Shown in pieces: positions 39,324 to 46,876 of a DNA stretch of 64,000 nucleotides; the first letter of the stretch is position 1, and the number at the start of each line of letters is the position of its first letter. Source of the stretch: an uncultured bacterium. GTDB lineage: Bacteria; Nitrospirota; Thermodesulfovibrionia; Thermodesulfovibrionales; JdFR-86. The stretch lies in the NCBI GenBank assembly GCA_965372535.1, contig CBDVCR010000001.1:11290-75289 (forward strand), written 5' to 3'. Made by a program: the position numbers and the translations under genes. The notes beneath the pieces are model-generated. The model was given only the letters and a program-made list of their open reading frames with translations, ran no database searches and was not told the DNA's origin.

Positions 39324-39734
39324 ATGACCGGACTGATAGATGAGTTAAAAAGAGAAAATTCTCTTATTTTCGAAACCCTCAAGGACATCAAGAAACTTGG
39401 CGTCAGAACAAAAGAGGGGCAGGCTAAACTGCTGTCAGCCAGAGCAGGGTTGCTTGCGCACCTGAAAAGGGAGGACGAAGAGGTTTACCCCGCCCTCAAA
39501 ATGTCCGCCGAGAAGGACGAGAGCCTGAAACGCATCATGAACCTTTTCGAGGACGACATGAAAGAGGTCTCAAGCCTCGCGAACAGTTTTTTTGAGAAAT
39601 ACCCGCAGGGCGGGGCCGGAATTGAGTTCATTACCGATTTTGGACAGCTTTTCATGGCGCTCAAGGTGAGGATAGCTCTGGAGGAAAATGTAATCTTTAC
39701 CGAGTATGTAAACGGGCAGACAAGCTGTTGTTGA
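39324..39734 (+). CDS. hemerythrin-like (HHE cation-binding) domain protein
   Basis: LLAHLKREDEEVYPAL resembles the H..EE..L.P motif, but only weakly. Confidence 0.4.
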   Translation: MTGLIDELKRENSLIFETLKDIKKLGVRTKEGQAKLLSARAGLLAHLKREDEEVYPALKMSAEKDESLKRIMNLFEDDMKEVSSLANSFFEKYPQGGAGIEFITDFGQLFMALKVRIALEENVIFTEYVNGQTSCC

Positions 39735-39773
39735 AAATATTGTGAGCCGCGCCGCCTTTACGCGACAAGCCAT

Positions 39774-40694
39774 ATGAAAACCCTTAATGCTGAAGGAATT
39801 CATCTTGAGCCGCAGTCGCGAGTTACCCCAAGGAATATTTCCTTCCTGCTGTTTAATATTATTGCCCTTATGATGTTTTATCGACCAATTCACGAGTTGT
39901 TTTCAATGTCGTTGCATAATAATCTTTACTCTCACGTGGTTCTGGTGCCGCTTGTAAGCGGGTATCTGATTTATTCGAGAAGGAAGATTATATTTGAGGA
40001 CGTGAGGTATTCATTTCCAGCGGTCGCCGTTATTTTTGCCGGAATCTGTCTGTATCTTATTTGGAAAAAATCCCCTGGAAGCGTAAATCAAAACGACGCT
40101 TATTCACTCATTTCGCTTTCTTTTGTTATATTCTGGATAGGCGGATTCATATTCCTTTACGGGATTCGAGCATTCCGGCGTGCACTGTTTCCCCTTCTAT
40201 TTCTTTTCTTTATGGCGCCGATTCCTACCCTGATGGCGGATAAAATAATCTGGGTCCTGGAGAGCGGTTCAACGGAGGTCTCTTACTGGCTGTTCGAGCT
40301 TTCGGGGATTCCTTTTGCAAGAGAAGGGTTTGTGTTTCATCTCCCCGGGCTGAGCATCGAAGTGGCCGAGCAGTGCAGCGGCATCCGTTCGAGCCTTGTG
40401 CTTTTAATGTTCGGCATTTTACTGGGCAACCTCTTCTTGAAAAGCCGGTCCGGAAGATTACTCCTGATTTTAGCGGTTTTTCCCGTAACCGTGCTGAAAA
40501 ACGCCTTGCGGATTGTGATGCTTTCAGTCCTCGGGGCGTACGTCGATATAAGGATACTAGACGGCATCCTTCACCGGCGGGGGGGAGTGCCCTTTTTCGT
40601 CATAGCGCTTTCAATGCTGGTAATATTCCTTTGGGCTTTAAGGCTATCCGAAAAAAGCTTTAACGCCAGAGGTGAGACAAAATGTTTGAAATAA
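39774..40694 (+). CDS. exosortase (XrtA/EpsH-type)
   Basis: Polytopic membrane protein with the catalytic-Cys motif AEQCSGIRS. Conserved Arg (NALRIV) and His (GILHRRGG) are also present. It lies next to prsK and prsR. Confidence 0.85.
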   Translation: MKTLNAEGIHLEPQSRVTPRNISFLLFNIIALMMFYRPIHELFSMSLHNNLYSHVVLVPLVSGYLIYSRRKIIFEDVRYSFPAVAVIFAGICLYLIWKKSPGSVNQNDAYSLISLSFVIFWIGGFIFLYGIRAFRRALFPLLFLFFMAPIPTLMADKIIWVLESGSTEVSYWLFELSGIPFAREGFVFHLPGLSIEVAEQCSGIRSSLVLLMFGILLGNLFLKSRSGRLLLILAVFPVTVLKNALRIVMLSVLGAYVDIRILDGILHRRGGVPFFVIALSMLVIFLWALRLSEKSFNARGETKCLK

Positions 40695-42751
40695 CCCTGT
40701 CGGCCATATCCTCTTTTTTTCTCCTCGCCCTTTCCTTGTTCGTGATATTGAAGAAGAGGTCGGCCCCGAACGCGTCCCTTGGCGCCGTCCTGCTTTTACT
40801 TTTGGCAATCGAGCTTATGGACAGGTTTGCCCTTGTTCTTCCGGGAGAGCCCCTTGCGTTTAAAGGGGCCGCTCTTTTTTTCGAGTCGCTACTCCCTGCT
40901 GCTTTCCTGGCCTTCAGTCTCACCTATGCGCGGCAAAGGTCGGGGAACTTCCCCTCTTTTATCTGGGTTTTTCTCATGGCGTTGGCTGTCGCCTTCCCCT
41001 TGGGCGCGCTGTTTATTCCGCTCGATGATTTCTTCTATTCCCCCGACATCCGGTCGGAAAAAACGCTGTTTCTCGGTCAAGCCGGATATTGGTTTTATAC
41101 TGGGCTAATGGTCTACTGCGTCGCATCTTTAGTAAATATAGAGGCCACTTTCGCGGCCTCCTCGGGCGAGGACAGATGGAGGATGAAATTCGAAGTCGTG
41201 GGGATAAGCGCCGTTCTGGCGGTGCTTGTATTCTATTTCAGCCAGGGACTTCTGTACAGGACCATAAACATGGACCTTTTGCCGGCAAGGTCGGGGGTAA
41301 TGATACTGGCCTTCCTTCTTATAGGATATTCGAGGGCTTTCAGGGGCAATGACGTCCGGGTCGAAGTGTCAAGATACGTTGTCCATCGGTCGTTGGCGCT
41401 TCTCGTAATAGGGATATATTTTCTCGCTCTCGGGGTAATAGGCGAGGGCATGAGGTATTTGGATGTCTCTTTTGGACGCGACCTGACTATTTTCATCGCA
41501 TTTGCCGGCGCCGCCGCAGTGCTGCTCGTTCTTTTTTCCGAAAAGCTCAGGAGAAAGGCCAGGGTGATTATCAACAAGAATTTTTATGCCCAAAAGCATG
41601 ATTACAGAAACGAGTGGCTCAGGTTCACCGGCAGGCTCTCGTCCTGTAAGACGGCCGCTGACGTACAGGGCGTTATACTTGCCACATGCAGGGAGGCCCT
41701 GGACCTCAGGGGCGCTTCCCTGTACCTTGCGGCAGGAGAAAATAAATTTCTTCTCGGGGCGAACCAGGGGATGCCGGAAGAACCGCGAGAGTTTCGGGCT
41801 TCCGATGGAATGCTCGCGTATTTTATGGACCGGGGCAGGGCTTTCAGCCCCTTTGACGGAGAGTATGTCCCTGACGAAGAGGAAGCCTCTTTTGTCCGGC
41901 GCACCGGGGCGGCGTTGACAGTGCCCTTGATTGGCAACGATAAGGTCGAAGGCCTTCTGGTGTTCGGCGAACGGTTGAGCCGGGAGGAGTTTATCTATGA
42001 GGACTATGACCTCATGAAGACGCTTGCAAGGCAAGCTGCTCTTTCAATAAAGAAATTTTCGCTTTCGGAGGAGCTTGCCGAGGCAAGGGAGATGGCGGCG
42101 GTGGCGAGGATTTCCTCGTTCGTCATCCATGACCTTAAAAACCTCGCTTCCTCGCTTTCCGTGCTTTTAGACAATGCGCAGGATTACATGGATGAGCCGG
42201 ATTTTCAGAAAGACACGCTCAAGACCATCGGAAACACGGTTGCGAGGATGAAGAGCATAATGCAGAGGCTGAAGACCATACCGCAAAAGCATTCCCTGCG
42301 CCCGCAACCAGTGGACCTGGCCCTTCTCTCAAGAGAGGCGGTGGGTGAGGTCGCAAGGGTAAAACCGGGGGCGAAGTTGGTATGCCGGGGCACGAAGGCG
42401 GCGTCATCTGTTGATGTCGAGGAGATAAGAAAAGTCGTCATGAACCTGTTGCTCAATGCGGTTGAAGCGTGCAATGGAGACGGCGTCGTAAGGGTAGGCA
42501 CCGGCCGCAGCGACGGCATGGCATATGTCCGCGTGGAGGACAGCGGGTGCGGGATTGACGATGAGTTTATGAAAAACCATTTGTTCAAGCCCTTCAGGAC
42601 GACAAAGCAAAAAGGGCTTGGCATAGGGCTCTACCAGTGCAAACAGATAGCGGAGGCGCATGGCGGCAGACTGGAGGTGGAAAGCGAGGTCGGCAGGGGT
42701 TCTGTCTTTACGGTGTATCTGCCGGCCCCGGCCTCGAGGTGCACAGTGTAA
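40682..42751 (+). CDS. prsK: PEP-CTERM system histidine kinase (PrsK-like)
   Basis: 689 aa: a multi-transmembrane N-terminal half, a GAF-like region, H-box FVIHDLKN, NLLLNAVEA, DSGCGI and GLGIGLYQ. Confidence 0.85.
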   Translation: MFEITLSAISSFFLLALSLFVILKKRSAPNASLGAVLLLLLAIELMDRFALVLPGEPLAFKGAALFFESLLPAAFLAFSLTYARQRSGNFPSFIWVFLMALAVAFPLGALFIPLDDFFYSPDIRSEKTLFLGQAGYWFYTGLMVYCVASLVNIEATFAASSGEDRWRMKFEVVGISAVLAVLVFYFSQGLLYRTINMDLLPARSGVMILAFLLIGYSRAFRGNDVRVEVSRYVVHRSLALLVIGIYFLALGVIGEGMRYLDVSFGRDLTIFIAFAGAAAVLLVLFSEKLRRKARVIINKNFYAQKHDYRNEWLRFTGRLSSCKTAADVQGVILATCREALDLRGASLYLAAGENKFLLGANQGMPEEPREFRASDGMLAYFMDRGRAFSPFDGEYVPDEEEASFVRRTGAALTVPLIGNDKVEGLLVFGERLSREEFIYEDYDLMKTLARQAALSIKKFSLSEELAEAREMAAVARISSFVIHDLKNLASSLSVLLDNAQDYMDEPDFQKDTLKTIGNTVARMKSIMQRLKTIPQKHSLRPQPVDLALLSREAVGEVARVKPGAKLVCRGTKAASSVDVEEIRKVVMNLLLNAVEACNGDGVVRVGTGRSDGMAYVRVEDSGCGIDDEFMKNHLFKPFRTTKQKGLGIGLYQCKQIAEAHGGRLEVESEVGRGSVFTVYLPAPASRCTV

Positions 42752-42818
42752 TGGCGCGGACGTTTTTATGCCGCTTCGCGGCCTGCGCCTTTGCGGGAGG
42801 CCACAGGGAGACGCCGGG

Positions 42819-44282
42819 ATGGAAAAGCTCTTAATCATCGACGACAACGAAGATATCAGAAGGCAACTCAAGTGGGGCTTTGCGAAAGAGTACGAAACGC
42901 TTATGGCGAAAGACGCCGAAGAGGCGCTCGCCCTTTTCGGGAGGCACGGCCCGAAAGTCGTGACCCTCGACCTGGGGCTGCCGCCGCATGCGGATACGGT
43001 GGTCGAGGGGCTGCGGTGCCTTGAAAGAATTCTGGCCGAGCGGCCTTCGACGAAGATTGTCGTGATAACGGGCAACGAGGAGGGGGAAAACGCGCTCAGG
43101 GCCGTGCGGATGGGAGCATATGATTATTACCGGAAACCGATAGACCTCAAGGAGCTGAGGGTTATCGTCAAGAGGGCTTTCCACCTGCATGAGATCGAGC
43201 GGGAGAATCTCAGGCTTCACACGGCCATTGCCGAAGGGAAGCCCGCCGGGTTGGAAGGCATGCTGGGGCAATGCCCGGAGATGGAGGCTGTTTTCTCGAT
43301 TATCGGGAAGGTCGCCTCCTCCGCCGTCAACGTGCTGGTAGTCGGCGAAAGCGGTACGGGCAAGGAACTGGCGGCCAAGGCGATTCATGCCGGCAGCTTG
43401 AGGAACAGGGGTCCCTTCATGCCGATAAACTGCGGCGCCATCCCCGAGAACCTCCTTGAGTCCGAACTCTTCGGGCACGAAAGAGGCGCTTTCACCGGCG
43501 CGCACGCCAGGCTGCAGGGGAAGTTCGAGTACGCGCACGGAGGCACGCTCTTTTTTGACGAGATAGGCGAGCTGCCGGCGAACCTGCAGGTGAAGCTGCT
43601 CCGCTTTCTCCAGGAGAAGACCATCCAGCGGGTGGGGGGGAGGGAGGACATAGCCGTTGACGCGAGGATTATCGCCGCAACGAATATCGATATATCAAGA
43701 GCCATGAAGGAAGGCGCCTTCAGGGAGGACCTCTACTACAGGCTGGGCGTGATTACGATAAAACTTCCGCCGCTGAGGGAGAGGAAGGGAGATATCATGC
43801 TCCTTTCGAGCTTCTTTCTGCAGAGGGCCAACGCGGAGTTCAAAAAGAGGGTGAGGGGGTTCAGCCCCTCGTCGGTAGAGCTTCTTGAGTCTTGTCATTG
43901 GCCCGGCAACGTGAGGGAGCTTGAGAACAGGATTCAGAGGGCGGTCATTATGTCGGAGGCGACGGTCATTCAGCCCCAGGGCCTCGGGTTCATGGATACC
44001 CCCGCAAGGCAGGAGTCCGGGATCGCCGAGACGATGACCCTCCGGGAAGGGAGGGACAGGGTGGAGAAGGAAATGATAATCGCCGCCACCGAAAAATGCG
44101 AGGGCAACATAGCAAGGACAGCCGAAAGGCTCGGCGTAAGCAGGCCGACACTTTATGACCTAATGAAGAAACACGGTCTTTTCAGTATGCCGGTGCAGGG
44201 CCGGGACGGAGGGGGCCAGAGAAACGGGCCTGTCTCCGATGCGCCGCCCGGCGCGCGGAGCGGTTTACATCCCCTCCCTTAA
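42819..44282 (+). CDS. prsR: PEP-CTERM-box sigma-54-dependent response regulator (PrsR-like)
   Basis: The protein starts MEKLLIIDDNEDIRR. It has REC, AAA+ (GESGTGKE, GAFTGA) and Fis-type HTH domains. Confidence 0.9.
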   Translation: MEKLLIIDDNEDIRRQLKWGFAKEYETLMAKDAEEALALFGRHGPKVVTLDLGLPPHADTVVEGLRCLERILAERPSTKIVVITGNEEGENALRAVRMGAYDYYRKPIDLKELRVIVKRAFHLHEIERENLRLHTAIAEGKPAGLEGMLGQCPEMEAVFSIIGKVASSAVNVLVVGESGTGKELAAKAIHAGSLRNRGPFMPINCGAIPENLLESELFGHERGAFTGAHARLQGKFEYAHGGTLFFDEIGELPANLQVKLLRFLQEKTIQRVGGREDIAVDARIIAATNIDISRAMKEGAFREDLYYRLGVITIKLPPLRERKGDIMLLSSFFLQRANAEFKKRVRGFSPSSVELLESCHWPGNVRELENRIQRAVIMSEATVIQPQGLGFMDTPARQESGIAETMTLREGRDRVEKEMIIAATEKCEGNIARTAERLGVSRPTLYDLMKKHGLFSMPVQGRDGGGQRNGPVSDAPPGARSGLHPLP

Positions 44283-45017
44283 ATCCCTTTGCATGAAGTC
44301 CGGGCTCAGGCGTATGTGCCGGTTTTTCAGGACGGTGATTTCCTTGTCTCTCTGGAGCTTGTCGATTACCCTTGTCGCGGTCTCTCTCGTAAGGCCCGCC
44401 ATGTTCGCTATGTCCCTGTGGGTGAGCTTGAGGTCCAGCGTGACGCCCTCTCCCGTTTCCTTGCCGTACTCCTCAGCGAGCAGGCAAAACAGCATCTTCA
44501 ACCTCTGGGACGCGTTTTTGAAGTTCAGTATCTGTATCATGTCCCAGGAGTTGCGGAGACGGGCGCACAGTATCTGAAGCAGCCGATCGAGTATCTTGCT
44601 CTGGGAATGTATCAGGGAATAAAAATCGTTTTTGGAAATGACGGCGGTCAGGGTGTCTTCTATCGCAAGCACGGTGGCGGGGACCGTTTTGCCGTCAATC
44701 AAGGACATCTCGCCGAAGAATTCCCCTGTCCGGTGTATGGCCAGGATGGTCTCCTTCCCGTCCTCGCTTATCTGGATAACTTTCACCTTCCCGGACAGGA
44801 TAATATACATGTATTCGTTGGTGTCTTCCTCATAAAGTATCGTCTTGTTCTTACTGTACTGTTTAATCTTCAGTTTCGCGCTGATATGGAGCAGGTCCTG
44901 ATCCGTAAGCGAAGCGAAAATCTGTACTGGTTTCAGTCTGTCTATAACGTTTTTTTCTTCCACGTCTGTCCCTCTGGCAAGTCGGTTTTTACACGGTTTC
45001 CCATGTATTTTTTGCAA
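44265..45017 (-). CDS. Crp/Fnr-family transcription regulator
   Basis: cNMP-binding domain (FGEMSLIDG) plus a C-terminal HTH (RDIANMAGLTRETATRVIDKL). The start could be an internal GTG. Confidence 0.9.
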   Translation of the reverse strand: MQKIHGKPCKNRLARGTDVEEKNVIDRLKPVQIFASLTDQDLLHISAKLKIKQYSKNKTILYEEDTNEYMYIILSGKVKVIQISEDGKETILAIHRTGEFFGEMSLIDGKTVPATVLAIEDTLTAVISKNDFYSLIHSQSKILDRLLQILCARLRNSWDMIQILNFKNASQRLKMLFCLLAEEYGKETGEGVTLDLKLTHRDIANMAGLTRETATRVIDKLQRDKEITVLKNRHIRLSPDFMQRDLREGM

Positions 45018-45220
45018 GACCCGTGCCCAACGGCGAATTACCTTTAATCAGCCTGTTATACATGTTTTACGGGCCGTGGCATGTAAAGTAATTCGACACC
45101 TGTCGTTTAACGTTACACTCTCAATTAATCGAGTATTTCCCGCATCGCCCGTCTTTTGAGGCATCGTCCCTTCCCGGCTTTTCTCCGTTCGGCATCGCAT
45201 TCAGTCAATTCCCTGTAACT

Positions 45221-45345
45221 AAAAGAGCCGCCGGAGAAATCCTCTCTGGCGGCCCGGCGGACATAGGATAGCGTTTGCTGACATCCTTTAGTCCCGTCGC
45301 TCTGCGTCCCCGGGTTTCCCCAGGTTTGCTCTGAGCAGAGAACCT
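45221..45345 (-). promoter_or_regulatory. GEMM-I (cyclic-dinucleotide) riboswitch-like leader with intrinsic terminator, upstream of the crp-like gene
   Basis: The RNA reads ..CAGAGCAAACC-UGGG-GAAA-CCCG-GGGACGCAGAGC..GGAC-UAAA-GGAU..AUCC-UAU-GUCC.., then GCCGCCAGAGA..UCUCCGGCGGC-UCUUUU. This matches the Vc2 core GGCAAACC..GAAA..GGGACGCAAAGC. Confidence 0.75.
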
Positions 45346-45388
45346 ATGCATTAATTATTAAATAATAATAAGAACAGACAGAAAAAAA

Positions 45389-45404
45389 TGTGATTCAAAT
45401 CACA
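45389..45404 (-). promoter_or_regulatory. CRP/FNR-type box TGTGATTCAAATCACA (perfect palindrome)
   Basis: TGTGA-N6-TCACA centred about 41 bp upstream of the predicted start of the riboswitch leader, with an AT-rich -10 region between them. Confidence 0.7.
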
Positions 45405-45467
45405 TTGCGGCAGAGGGTTAAGGGCATGCAAAAACCGCGGGCTTTTTGTTGTTTGCGGAAACGGGAA

Positions 45468-46583
45468 TCAGCGGGAAAGGTAGGTGCTTATTTCGGTCGA
45501 GTAGGCGCTTTCGTTGCCCTGTGTATCGTATGCCGTTACGGCGAAATAATAGTATAAGCCGGTCGGGAGGTTCCCGACGGTGTATTGCGTTACATTTGCC
45601 ACGTCAAACGATTCGGTATAGTTGCCGGTGGAAGTTCCGTAATAGAGCCTGTAGCCCGCGAGGTCATCAAGTGGAGCGCCCTCTTCGTTGGTCGTGGGCG
45701 CATCCCAGAGAAGGGTTACCGGGCGGTGGGTTTGCAAAGGACTCGTTGCGGTACAAGCCTGGATGCCTGCGGTTGATTCGTTGCCTTCCGTATCATATGA
45801 GGTAACGGTATAGCAGTATGCTGTTGCGGGGAACAACCCCGTATCGCTGTAGACGGTGGAAGTAGAGGTTCCTGTTTCAACGCCGTCTCTGTAAACCCTG
45901 TAGCCGGCGACTCCGGAACCGTCTCCGTCCGTGGAAGGATTCCACGAGAGGTCAATCCGGCTTGAGGAAACAACTTTTGTTATCAGTCCCGTTACGGCCT
46001 CCGGAGGGGTGATGTCCAACCCGGAGCCTATTGGTTCGGTGGCAACGGGGTCTGGTTCGGAGATAACGGGGGCCGGCTCGGAGCCTATTGGTTCGGTGGG
46101 AACGGGGTCTGGTTCGGCGGGAACGGGGTCTGGCTCGGCGGGAACGGGGTCTGGCTCGGCGGGAACGGGGGTCATCATTATATTAATTATGGATTCGGTT
46201 TTTTTCTCCACGTCCACGATACCGGCATAAGGCTCATATCCGTCACCGGTTGCGGTAATGGTTATGCCTTTCCCTTTTACTATATTCTTGATAGTGTATT
46301 CTCCGTTGCCGGCCGTAATGTCCATTGCTTCGCCTATCCGGACCATGACCGCTGAAAGAGCCGTCCCGTCAACATCGGTTACAATGCCGGTGACGCTGCC
46401 GAGGACCCCATAGGCATTTCCTGTCCCATTATATAGCGAACCCTCCGCGAGTCCTCCAGGGGCGTCCTTCGCAATATTTTCGGCAAAGCCGTTTCCCGCG
46501 GCATATCCGGTTATGGACAAAACGGCCACGAAAAAGACAAGAAGATGTGGGGCGCCGTGTTTCACTGAAAATGTTTTCATCAA
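45468..46583 (-). CDS. secreted surface protein: carboxypeptidase-regulatory-like domain, Pro-rich repeat linker, two FN3 domains
   Basis: Signal peptide; GIVTDVDGTALSAVMVRIG.. domain; PVPAEPD x3 linker; two FN3-like modules (..LSWNPSTD.., ..LLWDAPTTNEEG..). Confidence 0.75.
   Translation of the reverse strand: MMKTFSVKHGAPHLLVFFVAVLSITGYAAGNGFAENIAKDAPGGLAEGSLYNGTGNAYGVLGSVTGIVTDVDGTALSAVMVRIGEAMDITAGNGEYTIKNIVKGKGITITATGDGYEPYAGIVDVEKKTESIINIMMTPVPAEPDPVPAEPDPVPAEPDPVPTEPIGSEPAPVISEPDPVATEPIGSGLDITPPEAVTGLITKVVSSSRIDLSWNPSTDGDGSGVAGYRVYRDGVETGTSTSTVYSDTGLFPATAYCYTVTSYDTEGNESTAGIQACTATSPLQTHRPVTLLWDAPTTNEEGAPLDDLAGYRLYYGTSTGNYTESFDVANVTQYTVGNLPTGLYYYFAVTAYDTQGNESAYSTEISTYLSR
46024..46173. 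repeat. in-frame tandem 21-bp repeats (about 4 copies plus diverged copies)
   Basis: Units ggytcggygggaacggggtct lie at 46090, 46111, 46132 and 46153. They encode PVPAEPD on the minus strand. Confidence 0.85.
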
Positions 46584-46668
46584 ACCTTCATGATTCCATC
46601 GAAAGGCGCGGCTTTCGGCAAAGCATAAGCGGAATGTTTTATTATTTTCCGAAACAACGGTAAAAAGA

Positions 46669-46684
46669 TGTGATTTGAATCACG
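46669..46684 (-). promoter_or_regulatory. CRP/FNR-type box TGTGATTTGAATCACG
   Basis: One mismatch from the palindrome; centred about 93 bp upstream of the ATG at 46583. Confidence 0.6.
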
Positions 46685-46826
46685 CCTCTTTCTAACGGGA
46701 CCGTTGGCAGGCCGACATATGAATGCCCCGGAATCCCTGCTCACGGGGCCTTGGAAGGATTCAACGCCGGATGAGAACCTGACCGGTTGATAATAAATCT
46801 GTACTTCAAAGGGTGTTATGTGAATC

Positions 46827-46852
46827 GGGCGGACCCCTTCCGGGGTCCGCCC
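46827..46852 (-). terminator. strong GC hairpin downstream of the FN3/PKD gene
   Basis: gggcggacccc-ttcc-ggggtccgccc. No clear U-tract follows. Confidence 0.4.
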
Positions 46853-46876
46853 GTTGCGTGACCGGCCAAGAAGATA

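Noticed and set aside
46024-46173. The regularly spaced short repeats might be a CRISPR array.
   Set aside because: The repeats are contiguous 21-bp units with no spacers. They are in frame within a CDS and encode a Pro-rich linker.
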